A stretch of 64,000 bases of DNA from Alphaproteobacteria bacterium (GTDB lineage: Bacteria > Pseudomonadota > Alphaproteobacteria > UBA2136 > UBA6156): assembly GCA_049297695.1 (NCBI GenBank), contig JBAQUT010000036.1, positions 986-64,985 of the forward strand. Reading direction: 5' to 3'. Shown one piece after another: positions 1 to 9,164 of this stretch. Below the pieces are notes generated by a model. It did no database searches and was not told the origin of the DNA. It worked only from the letters and a program-made list of their open reading frames with translations. Position numbers and translations under genes: made by a program. Position 1 is the stretch's first letter; every line of letters starts with the position of its first letter.

Positions 1-514
1 GCGCCGTGCAAAGCGGCGATGCCTCGTTGGTCGGCCTCTTGCTCTTGCGTGCGTGAGAATTTCAGCATCTGGCTAACCCCCAAAGCTTGTCCACCCGCCA
101 TGGCGGCGGCCGCCACTTGGGGTGCGCCCGCCACGGCGGCACCAACCCCCACCACGGCACCGGCAATGGCGGAAAGGGTGGCTGTTTTAATATTATCCCC
201 CATTTTGAGCAGGTGTTGGCTGGAAATATGGCCAAGCTCGTGGGCTAATACGCCTTGAATATCGCCACTCCCCTTGGCGTTAAGGAACAACCCTGCATGC
301 ACGTGCACCACCTTTTCGGCATCCACATAGGCGTTCAGGCTATCATCCCCAATCAACACAAAGCTCACCCCTTGGGTGTGGGGAAGGTTGCCCAGCAAGG
401 GCTTGGTAAGGCGGTTGGCGTAATCGGAAAACTCGGCATCCAGCACCATGGTTTGGGCATGGGCTGTGGCGGCCAGAAGGGAGAGGAGAGAGGGGAGAAT
501 CAGGCGGTGTGTCA
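1..514 (-). CDS. M48 family zinc metallopeptidase (BepA/YfgC-like), N-terminal part; gene runs off the window start
   Basis: Reverse translation from ATG at 514 gives a signal peptide and HELGHISSQH (HExxH motif); no stop before position 1. Confidence 0.6.
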
Positions 515-565
515 TGAAGCTACCCTAACACCGAACGCCTTGAGCCTAAAGCCCGTTTCCTACAC

Positions 566-1405
566 CTACCTTGCGCGACCGCGGGAAAGGCGAGCGCTGA
601 CTCCGCGCCGACCGTTCAGGCTGGCGGCACGGCTGGAGTTACGGGCAAAGCTGGTGGCCGTGCTGCTGGGCACGGGAGCCGCAAAGGGCAACACGTTGGT
701 GGCGGCGTGGGGTTGCAGGGCTTCCATGCTGCTGGCTTGCTGCACCTGTTGTTCCAGCGGTTGGCGGAGTGCGTTCACCGCCTTGGTGGTGGTGCTTACG
801 GTGCCCGTGCGGGTAAGTTTGGGCACCACAATGCGGGGCAGGGACGTGCGCTGGGGTGTGGATGGTTTGGATAAGGCTGCGGCCATGTTGCTGCCCGCCA
901 ACGCGGCCATCACCTTGGCGGTGGCTTGTGTGAGGGGTTGGGCGGTGGGCGCGGCGGCGGGAATAAACGTCCCTTTCAGTTGGGGAGAGCCAAACTGAGG
1001 TTGCCCCAGCACGGTGGGGGTGAGCGTGACGGATGGCGAGGTAGAGCGTGGTGCGGATGTTGCGGTTGTGGATGGTGTAGGGGCGCCAGATGATGCATTT
1101 TGCCGTTGCCATACCTTCAGCAAATGTATGCGGGCGGCGGTGGTGTCGTTGGTTAAATCGCAGGCCTGTTGCAAGGTTTGGCCGTACCACGCTGCCATGT
1201 GGTGGGGGTTGGCCACGCACTGCTGCCACTGGGCGGGGGCCTGTTGCCACCAGCGGGTAACGGCCTGCGAGCGGTGGGCCATAATGGTAGTTACGGCATC
1301 GTTCCAAGCTTGGGTGCACGTACGTTGGGTTTCGGTGCCAGCCATCATCTGCTGCATCCATTGGGCGTAAAGGTGGAACATGACCATGCTTTCTTGTTGG
1401 CCCAA
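566..1405 (-). CDS. hypothetical Gln/Ala/Thr-rich protein
   Basis: 279-aa ORF with balanced composition; the alternative overlapping frame (639..1448) is Arg/Pro/His-rich, as expected for a wrong frame in high-GC DNA. Confidence 0.4.
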   Translation of the reverse strand: MGQQESMVMFHLYAQWMQQMMAGTETQRTCTQAWNDAVTTIMAHRSQAVTRWWQQAPAQWQQCVANPHHMAAWYGQTLQQACDLTNDTTAARIHLLKVWQRQNASSGAPTPSTTATSAPRSTSPSVTLTPTVLGQPQFGSPQLKGTFIPAAAPTAQPLTQATAKVMAALAGSNMAAALSKPSTPQRTSLPRIVVPKLTRTGTVSTTTKAVNALRQPLEQQVQQASSMEALQPHAATNVLPFAAPVPSSTATSFARNSSRAASLNGRRGVSARLSRGRAR

Positions 1406-1491
1406 GGGTGGAGGTGCAACGTGGGGTTGTCAAGAAAGATTGGAACAATGACGCAGAAGGCCTGTGGCGGTAACGCTATGCTGAGAGAGTT

Positions 1492-1908
1492 TCATATTCC
1501 CAAACTGTTGATCATCAGTTCAGGATGCTTTCGGAGATATTGAGCCAGACTGCTTATTTGGGCATCGTACGTAAATACAGTTCCAGCACCTTCAAGAGCC
1601 TCAAGATATTCAGGGGAGTTGTTGATGGCTTTAGTTGTAACATCGTAGGCGTGATGATATCCCGTCCTCCAGTCAAAATGGAATGCGAATGAGGGAATTG
1701 ACGCAAGGAATGTATGTTCCCATAGGCTTAGCGTATCATGACGAGAGCCCCGTACAACATGCCCGCCCACATGTAGGAGCATGGTAAGGTTTGCCGCATG
1801 TAGGCCTGCAGGAATAATTGATAACGTGTCCCCAGTCTCACCGCGCCAACGTTCATAAAGAGTTCGATGAAGTTGGCACGTGAGAAGGAGTTTGTGGTTA
1901 ATATCCAC
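1492..1908 (-). CDS. hypothetical protein (reduced GC, ~47%)
   Basis: 138-aa ORF between the hypothetical gene and rne; local GC drop. Confidence 0.4.
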   Translation of the reverse strand: MDINHKLLLTCQLHRTLYERWRGETGDTLSIIPAGLHAANLTMLLHVGGHVVRGSRHDTLSLWEHTFLASIPSFAFHFDWRTGYHHAYDVTTKAINNSPEYLEALEGAGTVFTYDAQISSLAQYLRKHPELMINSLGI

Positions 1909-1913
1909 AGATA

Positions 1914-4271
1914 TTACCCCAACAACCCACCCAGCAGCCCTTTGCGGCGGGGTTTGGCTTTGGCAGGCACGGGCGTTTCTTCAACAGCGTCGGCGGCTAC
2001 AGCCAGCTTCACCACTTTCAGGGGTTCGTCGGTGCTGTCGGTGTCGGCTTGCTTTTTCACCTCCATTTTTTTCCGTTTGGCCACAATCACGGGCGTGTCG
2101 TCATCCGTCACCACGGCCACTTTGGCCACTTCCAAGGGTTTGTCCTCGGCAGGCGGGGCGGGGGGAGCCACATGCACGTGCTTGGCCTCGGCCTGTTTGG
2201 TGGGGCGTTTGATGGCCTGCTTCACCTCATCCAACGATGGGGCGGCGCGGGCGGCCATGGGGGCGTCCATCTCGGCCATAGGCGCTTCATCGTCCATGCG
2301 GCGGGGGCGTTCGCGTTCCGGCCCGCGTCCACGGCCACCATGGTTACGGTCGCGGCCGCCACGGTTGTCATCGCGGCCACGGCCACCGTTGCGGTCGTTC
2401 CGGTCGCGGCGGGGTTCGTCACCGCCTTCGGCACGGCCAGCATCCGTACGGGGTTCATCACGGTCGGAGCGGGGGCGGCGCTCTCGGTCGGGGCGTTCGC
2501 CGCGGGGGGCATCGTCGCGGTCGCGGCCACCTTTGGCACCATGATGCTGTTTGTAGCGTTGTTCGGGCGGCAGTTCGGGCTGTTCGCGCAGAATCACTTC
2601 CACCTTTTTGATATTCTCGCTGCCATCAGCCTTCACGGTCACCAGTTCCAAGCGGTGGTCGGGGGCCAGCAGGGTATCGTCGGCTTTGAACACCAGGTGG
2701 TATTTGTTTTTGGCTTCAAGGTCGGCCACCATGGCGCGCTTGCTGTTCATAATCCACATGAGGATGGAAGTTGCGGCGTGCACCACCACGCGGTCGGCGC
2801 CACGGCAATCTTCTTCTTCCAAGCGACGCAGCACCATAAGCGCGGCGCTGGCAGGGCTGTGAACTTGGCCCGTGCCGTTGCAATGGGGGCAGCTGATGAA
2901 GTGGTGTTCGGAGAGGCTAGGCCGCAAGCGCTGGCGGGATATTTCCATCAACCCAAACTCCGAGATATCGGTGTATTGCACGCGGGCACGGTCTTTCCGC
3001 AGCACTTTGCGCATGGCTTGCTCTACCTTGCGCACGTTGCGGTAGTCTTCCATGTCGATAAAGTCCACCACAATCAGGCCCGCAAGGTCGCGGAGGCGGA
3101 TGTGGCGGCCCAGCTCGTCGCAGGCCTCAAGGTTGGTTTTCACGGCCGTTTCTTCAATGTTCCGCTCGTGGGTGTTGCGGCCGCTGTTAATATCCACCGC
3201 CACCAAAGCTTCGGTGTGGTCGATAATCATGTAGCCGCCACTGGGCAATTGCACGCGGGAGAAGTTCAGCTGGTTCAGCTTTTGTTCCACCTTGTGGGCG
3301 GTAAACAAAGGCGTTTCGTCTTTATATTCCTTAATCAGCTTGGCGGCATCGGGCATCAGGGCCTTGGTGTAATCCTTCGCCACTTTGTAGGCGCGCTTGC
3401 CCGAGATAACCACTTCTTCAATGTCTTCCCGCAGCATGTCGCGCAAGGCACGGATAATCAGCGTACCGTCTTCGTGCACGCAGGCCACGTCGTCAGTCGT
3501 TTCGTAGGCTTTTATAATATTGTCCCACAGCGTGCGCATATTTTTATAGTCGTTCACCACGGCATCCACAGGCTGGCCCACACCGGCGGTGCGGATAATC
3601 AGCCCCATGTGGTTGGGCACTTTCATGGCGGCGTACATGTCGCGCAGCGTGCGGCGTTCTTCGGGGTCGGATATTTTGCGCGAAATACCGCCCGCAAACG
3701 GTGTGTTGGGCATCAGCACGGTGTAGCGGCCGGGCATAGACACATAGCTGGTAAGGGCGGCGCCTTTGCTGCCGCGTTCTTCCTTCACCACTTGCACTAG
3801 TATTTTTTGACCTTCTTTCAACACATCCTGAATGCGGTAGCGGCGGTAAATGCCGGGCTGGCGCTTGCGGTCGGAGCGGGGTTCGTCGCTTCCACCTTCA
3901 GCTGTGTTGCCCGCATCGTCGGCGGGAGGAGCCTCATCCGCGCCCTCGCTGCCATCATCCCGCAGGTGGCCGCGGCGGCGTTCGGCTTGTTCGGTAATTT
4001 CTTCCAGCAGTTCAGCCTTTTCACTATCCGGCACGGCAAAAAACTGGGGGTGCACTTCGCCAAAGGCCAAAAAGCCGTTGCGGGTGCCGCCATAGGTAAT
4101 AAAGGCCGCTTGCAGGCTCGGCTCAACGCGACTAACCACGCCAACATACAGGTTGCCTTTGTTTTGGGTTTTATCCGCGGTTTCGGCTTCAAAGTCGTCC
4201 AGCTTGGTGCCGTCTAAAATGGCAACGCGTGTTTCATCCAGGTGGGTGGCGTCAATCAGCATCCGTCTCAT
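1914..4271 (-). CDS. rne: ribonuclease E
   Basis: N-terminus MRRMLIDATHLDETRVAIL (S1 domain and catalytic domain); Arg/Asp/Glu-rich C-terminal scaffold; 785 aa. Confidence 0.9.
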   Translation of the reverse strand: MRRMLIDATHLDETRVAILDGTKLDDFEAETADKTQNKGNLYVGVVSRVEPSLQAAFITYGGTRNGFLAFGEVHPQFFAVPDSEKAELLEEITEQAERRRGHLRDDGSEGADEAPPADDAGNTAEGGSDEPRSDRKRQPGIYRRYRIQDVLKEGQKILVQVVKEERGSKGAALTSYVSMPGRYTVLMPNTPFAGGISRKISDPEERRTLRDMYAAMKVPNHMGLIIRTAGVGQPVDAVVNDYKNMRTLWDNIIKAYETTDDVACVHEDGTLIIRALRDMLREDIEEVVISGKRAYKVAKDYTKALMPDAAKLIKEYKDETPLFTAHKVEQKLNQLNFSRVQLPSGGYMIIDHTEALVAVDINSGRNTHERNIEETAVKTNLEACDELGRHIRLRDLAGLIVVDFIDMEDYRNVRKVEQAMRKVLRKDRARVQYTDISEFGLMEISRQRLRPSLSEHHFISCPHCNGTGQVHSPASAALMVLRRLEEEDCRGADRVVVHAATSILMWIMNSKRAMVADLEAKNKYHLVFKADDTLLAPDHRLELVTVKADGSENIKKVEVILREQPELPPEQRYKQHHGAKGGRDRDDAPRGERPDRERRPRSDRDEPRTDAGRAEGGDEPRRDRNDRNGGRGRDDNRGGRDRNHGGRGRGPERERPRRMDDEAPMAEMDAPMAARAAPSLDEVKQAIKRPTKQAEAKHVHVAPPAPPAEDKPLEVAKVAVVTDDDTPVIVAKRKKMEVKKQADTDSTDEPLKVVKLAVAADAVEETPVPAKAKPRRKGLLGGLLG

Positions 4272-4596
4272 GGGGTAGTCTCCTTGTTGAAAATCAACAA
4301 GCCCCCCGCGCCCTAACCCCTTGAAAAGGGAAGCGGTGCAGGGTGATAAGCGGTTTGGGTCATACTGGCGTCAAATCTCTTACCATGCCCAAGGTTTAAG
4401 CAAGGGCAGGCTGTTAAGTTGGTGTTAGCCTGTTTAGGTGTAACTTAAAGATATTTAAGTAAGTTACAGATATTCAAGCGGAAATGGTTAAGTAGCCTAG
4501 GTGCTACGTACCCACACTATATAAGGTATGGGGGGGAAGGGCAAGGGGGTGAGAAGGCTTTAGGCGTTAGGAAGTTAGGTTGTAGGAAGAAGTATC
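4272..4596 (-). promoter_or_regulatory. long AT-richer 5' leader upstream of rne (possible autoregulatory UTR)
   Basis: ~320 bp non-coding, noticeably lower GC than its flanks; rne genes typically carry long structured leaders. Confidence 0.3.
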
Positions 4597-4632
4597 TTGC
4601 ACGCTAAGCCTTGTACCTTGTACCTTGCCTTC

Positions 4633-5529
4633 ATGCCCTTTGCCACCCGCCTGTTCACGTTGCTGCTTGTGATGACGCTGATTTTTTTGCTCATCCACCT
4701 TGTGCCGGGCGACCCCGTGGAAGCGTTGTTGGGCGAGCAAGCCAGCGTGGTGGATAGGGAAGCCTTGCGCACCGCCTTGGGGCTGGATTTACCCCTGCAC
4801 ACCCAGTTTGTAAACTTTATGGGCGGCTTGGCAACGGGCGATTGGGGCACCAGCCTGGTGCGCAACAAACCCGTGCTGGGGCTGATGGCCGAACGTGCCA
4901 TGCCCACGGTGGTGCTGGCCCTTGCCGCCATGGCTGTGGCCACGGTGGTGGGGGGTGTGGGGGGCATTGCCACGGCCTTGGCCAAACCTGCCGCCAAGGG
5001 GTGGTGGGAGAAAGGGTTGCTGGCCGTGCTGGCCACCCCCACGTTTTGTTTGGGGCCGTTGCTGATGCTGGTGTTGGCGGTGGGGCTGGGCTGGCTGCCC
5101 GTAAGTGGGTTTGATGGCCCGCGTTCGTTGGTGTTGCCCGCCCTCACGTTAGGTTTGGGCTTGGGGACCCACTTGGCCCGCCTGCTGGCCGCCAGTTTGA
5201 GCGACGAACTTGAGGCCGAATACTTGCGCACCGCCCGCGCCAAAGGGGCCAGCGGGGCAAGGCGGTTGTTCCACCACGCCTTGCGCAACGCGCTGGTGCC
5301 GGTGGTGATTATCTTTTGCCTGCAACTGGGCATGGTGCTTACGGGCACGGTGCTTACCGAGGCGGTGTTCGGCTGGCCCGGCTTGGGCAGTTTGTTGGTA
5401 GAGGCCCTTCACGGGCGCGATTACCCGCTGGTGCAAGGCCTGCTGCTGCTTATCAGCCTCACCTACATGGCCGCGCTGGTGCTGGGCGATTGGCTGGCAG
5501 GACGGTTGGATGGGCGGTTGAGGGGTTGA
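4633..5529 (+). CDS. ABC transporter permease, DppB/OppB family
   Basis: MPFATRLFTLLLVMTLIFLLIHLVPGDP... typical N-terminus and length (~299 aa from ATG 4633). Confidence 0.75.
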   Translation: MPFATRLFTLLLVMTLIFLLIHLVPGDPVEALLGEQASVVDREALRTALGLDLPLHTQFVNFMGGLATGDWGTSLVRNKPVLGLMAERAMPTVVLALAAMAVATVVGGVGGIATALAKPAAKGWWEKGLLAVLATPTFCLGPLLMLVLAVGLGWLPVSGFDGPRSLVLPALTLGLGLGTHLARLLAASLSDELEAEYLRTARAKGASGARRLFHHALRNALVPVVIIFCLQLGMVLTGTVLTEAVFGWPGLGSLLVEALHGRDYPLVQGLLLLISLTYMAALVLGDWLAGRLDGRLRG

Positions 5530-5584
5530 CAATCTGTAGATTCAAAGTTATTTGATATTGTGTACACATAAAGAGGGGTATGTA

Positions 5585-5998
5585 ATGAAAAAGCCATTAA
5601 CAGTATCGGATTTCAAAGGTCAAGGTAGTTCTAATCTTCATGGGATTCGATGTAGTCCAGTTGCTTTTCCAATTGGAAATGAAAAACAAGATATAGAAAA
5701 CCTTTTACGAGTGATATATCCTAAGGTAGATGAATATTTAGTAGATAAATTTTATGTCGATAAAGTGAAACAATTTCATATAGCTGCTAATTTCATGCAA
5801 AGCTATTTCATGGAGATTGCAATGATGAGAACAGCTTTGACGGTGTTTGATTTTATAGAAGATGTACATCATATAACGCCCGTTATTATTTCATCTGTAT
5901 CTCAAAGTCTTGCTGAGCGTGGCTTTGTTGTGGCTCAAGGTTTTCACGCACATAACAAAGGCATCTACGTTCGTCGTGAGGGTAGTGTTGAGTTATAG
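5585..5998 (+). CDS. hypothetical protein, low-GC (~33%) insertion between the two permease genes
   Basis: ATG 5585 preceded by AGAGGGG RBS; AT-rich codon usage unlike its flanks. Confidence 0.45.
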   Translation: MKKPLTVSDFKGQGSSNLHGIRCSPVAFPIGNEKQDIENLLRVIYPKVDEYLVDKFYVDKVKQFHIAANFMQSYFMEIAMMRTALTVFDFIEDVHHITPVIISSVSQSLAERGFVVAQGFHAHNKGIYVRREGSVEL

Positions 5999-6005
5999 TT
6001 TTTAG

Positions 6006-6719
6006 GTGATTCATCTCGATACCATTCTGGCTGCTCCCAACGTCTTGCACTGGCTCGGCACCGACGAGCTTGGCCGCGACATTCTGCTGCGCCTCGGGCA
6101 GGGGGTGGGCTTAAGTCTCACCGTTGGGCTCTGTGTCGGAGCCATAACCGCGGTTGTGGGCATTACGCTGGGCCTGTGGGCGGGGTGGAAAGGCGGGTGG
6201 GTGGATACGCTGATAAACCGCCTGTGCGATGTGGTGCTCAGCCTGCCGGGCTTGCTGATGGCCTTGGCCCTGACCGCCTTGTTGGGCCCCAGCTTGGTGA
6301 ACGTGATTTTGGCCTTGGGCTTGTTGGGTTGGGTGGGCTTTTGCCGTTTGGCGCGGGCCGAAGTGTTGCGCCTGAAAAACCGCCCTTTTGTGCTGGCAGC
6401 CAAGCTGGGCGGGGTGGGCACGGCGGGTGTGCTGCTGCGCCATGTGCTACCCTTGGCGGCCCCCCCGTTGGTGGTGGAGGCCGTGGTGGTGGTGGCGGGC
6501 AGCATGGTGGCGGAGGCTGGGCTGAGCTTTTTGGGCTTAGGCGTGCCCCCACCCACCCCCAGCTTAGGGGGTATGCTGCGGGAGGGCATTCGCACCGCCA
6601 TGGTGGCCCCCCACGCCGTGCTGGCACCAGCGGTGGTGCTGATTGGTCTCACCGTATCCCTCAACATGGTGGCGGAAGGCTTGCGCGCGCGGTATCTTTC
6701 GGGCACCACACAAGGCTAG
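6006..6719 (+). CDS. ABC transporter permease, DppC/OppC family, apparently N-terminally truncated (first TM missing)
   Basis: Only ~17 aa precede the conserved LGTDELGRD loop motif (typical DppC has ~60-70 aa). In-frame stop immediately upstream at 6003-6005. GTG start. Confidence 0.6.
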   Translation: MIHLDTILAAPNVLHWLGTDELGRDILLRLGQGVGLSLTVGLCVGAITAVVGITLGLWAGWKGGWVDTLINRLCDVVLSLPGLLMALALTALLGPSLVNVILALGLLGWVGFCRLARAEVLRLKNRPFVLAAKLGGVGTAGVLLRHVLPLAAPPLVVEAVVVVAGSMVAEAGLSFLGLGVPPPTPSLGGMLREGIRTAMVAPHAVLAPAVVLIGLTVSLNMVAEGLRARYLSGTTQG

Positions 6720-7982
6720 ATGGGACGCTCCTTAAGTATCTTTATGGGCTGTATTCTGGCACTCGGGGCCTTGGTGTGGCCGCCCTTGTTGCCCCACGCC
6801 CAAGAGCCCGTGGCCAAAGTGATGGATGTGCGCATGAGCCACACCCAAGGCCGCACGCGGCTGGTGATGGATTTGGACAAACCCGCCAGCAACCGCTGGT
6901 TTACCCTGCCCAGCCCCGCCCGCGTGGTGGTAGATTTCCCCCAGCTGGATGTGGTGCCGGATATGGCCAAGGTGGTTATCCCCCAAGGTAGTTTGGTGAA
7001 AGCCTTAAGGGCGGGTAACTTCCGCGCTGGCACCACGCGGATGGTAGTGGATTTAACCGCCCCTGCGCGGCTGACGGTGTTCACCATCCCCGGTAACACC
7101 CAGCGCGGCCCGCGGCTGGTGATAGATGTGGTACCCCCCGCCAAAGGCAAACCCGCCACCGATGTTCCACCGCCGCCCGAAGTGGTGACCACCGTGCCCT
7201 TCAAACCCGGCGAACCTTCCACGCCAACCAAGCCCAGCAAAGGCGAACAACAACCCGCCCCCGTAGTGCCTCGTCAAGTGGTAACCGAGCCCACGGGCCC
7301 CTTGGTGGTTGTGCTGGATGCCGGCCATGGCGGGGTAGACCCCGGCGCCTGCGGCCGCACCGTGCACTTGTGCGAAAAGGGTCTGACGCTGGAAATGGCC
7401 AAGCTGGTGAAAGATAATTTGGAACAGAAGGGCGGGTATAAAGTGTTACTCTCCCGGGAGAAAGACGTGTACGTGGGGCTGGCCGACCGGGTCAAATACG
7501 CCCAGCGCCACAATGCCAACCTGTTTGTAAGCCTGCATGCCGACAGCCACCCCGACCGCGACGTGCAAGGCGCCACAGTGTATATGGTGAGTGAACGCGC
7601 CAGCGACCGAGAAGCCCAGCGTCTGGCCAACAGCGAAAACGAGGGCGATATTCTGGCAGGGGTGGATATAAGCCACGAAAGCCCCGAAGTGCAGAGCATT
7701 TTGATGAGCTTGGCTCAGCGCAACACCATCAACCACAGCAGTTATTTGGCCCAAAGCATGATAACGGCCATGGATAAAGTGCTGACCCTCCGTAAAAATA
7801 CGCCCTTGTTTGCTGGCTTTAAGGTGTTGAAAGCACCCGACATCCCTAGCATTTTGGTGGAAATGGGCTACCTGACCAACGGCTACGAAGAACGCCGTTT
7901 GAACGACAAAGCCCACCGCCGAGAGCTGGCCAAGGTCATCGCCAACGGCATCCATGCCTATGTAGGCACCCATGTGCGATAA
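6720..7982 (+). CDS. amiC: N-acetylmuramoyl-L-alanine amidase (AmiC-type, AMIN domain plus Amidase_3)
   Basis: VVVLDAGHGGVDPGA ... SLHADS motifs; N-terminal AMIN-like domain. Confidence 0.85.
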   Translation: MGRSLSIFMGCILALGALVWPPLLPHAQEPVAKVMDVRMSHTQGRTRLVMDLDKPASNRWFTLPSPARVVVDFPQLDVVPDMAKVVIPQGSLVKALRAGNFRAGTTRMVVDLTAPARLTVFTIPGNTQRGPRLVIDVVPPAKGKPATDVPPPPEVVTTVPFKPGEPSTPTKPSKGEQQPAPVVPRQVVTEPTGPLVVVLDAGHGGVDPGACGRTVHLCEKGLTLEMAKLVKDNLEQKGGYKVLLSREKDVYVGLADRVKYAQRHNANLFVSLHADSHPDRDVQGATVYMVSERASDREAQRLANSENEGDILAGVDISHESPEVQSILMSLAQRNTINHSSYLAQSMITAMDKVLTLRKNTPLFAGFKVLKAPDIPSILVEMGYLTNGYEERRLNDKAHRRELAKVIANGIHAYVGTHVR

Positions 7983-8073
7983 GTGAGTACAATTTAGGCA
8001 GATATGTGTATATTTTCTGGAAATCTACGTCCAACTTCGGCACCCTAAAGAACTTAGAGGGAAGGGGTTACGG

Positions 8074-8508
8074 ATGGATTTGCTCAATGTTAGGGTTCGT
8101 TGTCTCGAGTTTATTGCCAAGCTGGATAAAAACCCTGTAGGTGTGAACGAATATTTTTATGTTATTTTAGGTGTCGGTGAAAACCTGATTTCTGTTTACC
8201 CCATTGTTGTGCAAGAAATTGAAAAACGGAATGTGTTAGAAGCGCAAGATGGTAAACCCATATGGGAATTTGTACTGATAGACCATAATTTTAATCATGG
8301 TTCCCCGCTCACGGTTATTTTTGATATTGCCAAACGCTACCACCCTCGGGTTGACCAATTTTTCTTGGAGCAGGCAGCTGATATTCCTCCATTACCTAAT
8401 ACCCCCTACCGCGATGTGTTACGCCCCCACCACGATGCCCGCCGTGGCGAGAAAGGTAAACGCCGCGAAGTGTTGGGCCGCTGGCTGGGCGAGGGGCCTG
8501 AACTCTAA
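8074..8508 (+). CDS. hypothetical protein (5' part low GC)
   Basis: 144-aa ORF with RBS; immediately upstream of tRNA-Met. Confidence 0.35.
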   Translation: MDLLNVRVRCLEFIAKLDKNPVGVNEYFYVILGVGENLISVYPIVVQEIEKRNVLEAQDGKPIWEFVLIDHNFNHGSPLTVIFDIAKRYHPRVDQFFLEQAADIPPLPNTPYRDVLRPHHDARRGEKGKRREVLGRWLGEGPEL

Positions 8509-8554
8509 ATCGGCTCTTGCCTAACCCGCCCCTTGCGCCTTATACACACAGCGT

Positions 8555-8630
8555 GGGCGAGTAGCTCAGCGGTTAGAGCAGGGCACTCATAATGCCTTGG
8601 TCGCTGGTTCGATTCCTGCCTCGCCCACCA
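8555..8630 (+). tRNA. tRNA-Met (CAT), elongator type
   Basis: Cloverleaf GGGCGAG...CTCGCCCACCA; anticodon loop CTCATAA; G1-C72 and no 3xGC anticodon stem, so not an initiator. Confidence 0.85.
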
Positions 8631-8747
8631 TGAATTTTAATTGCGGCAGGGTACTCCGCTGCGCTCCGTTTCCTGCCTCGCCCACCATGAGATTCAATTG
8701 CGGCAGGGTCCTCCGCTATGCTTCGGTTCTTTCCTCGCTCCCCAACC
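8614..8747 (+). repeat. 2.3 tandem copies of a 57-bp unit that begins with the tRNA-Met 3' end
   Basis: TCCTGCCTCGCCCACCATGA...ATTGCGGCAGGGT repeated at 8614, 8671 and degenerate at 8729. Confidence 0.6.
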
Positions 8748-8826
8748 TATTCCTCATGCCGTGCATTTTTTGGTATCGGGCAGGGTTGACAACCGCCGCG
8801 CAAGCCAGCATAACCCCGCTCGGTAT

Positions 8827-8901
8827 TCCGGCGTAGCTCAGCGGTAGAGCATCGGACTGTTAATCCGCAGGTCGCTGGTTCGATCCCAGCCGCCGGAGCC
8901 A
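8827..8901 (+). tRNA. tRNA-Asn (GTT)
   Basis: TCCGGCG...CGCCGGAGCCA; anticodon loop CTGTTAA. Confidence 0.85.
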
Positions 8902-8946
8902 GTTAGTTTTTCTTAACGAGCCTTGCGAGTTTAGAAAAGCTACTGT

Positions 8947-8966
8947 CCTCGCGTAGGCGGGGACCT
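8947..8966. repeat. GC-rich REP-like hairpin (CCTCGC GTAG GCGGGG)
   Basis: 15/16 identical to the hairpin at 18046-18061. Confidence 0.4.
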
Positions 8967-9164
8967 CCCTCGTGTTGGGAGGCCATTTCAACTATTTTCC
9001 ATAAATATGCTGATTTTACTTGCAATGTTGGGGGTTCCCCTCCATATGCTGGAGAGCAATGCCCGAATGTTCAGGCGTTTCTGCTGCTCTGCGCGTGATG
9101 TGTGTGGTGCTGCCACAAGGCTTTTCGGAGCCACCATACATCCACGAAGCAAGGAGCTTTTCCC

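Noticed and set aside
2049-3800. 583-aa ORF on the plus strand opposite rne (and the nested 2222..2542 and 3807..4217 ORFs)
   Set aside because: Gly/His/Val/Ala-rich low-complexity translation, typical of antisense frames in high-GC coding DNA. rne on the other strand has clear homology.
6176-6991. 271-aa Gly/Arg-rich ORF overlapping the permease and amiC in another frame
   Set aside because: Composition artefact of the GC-rich off-frame. The annotated frames have clear family motifs.
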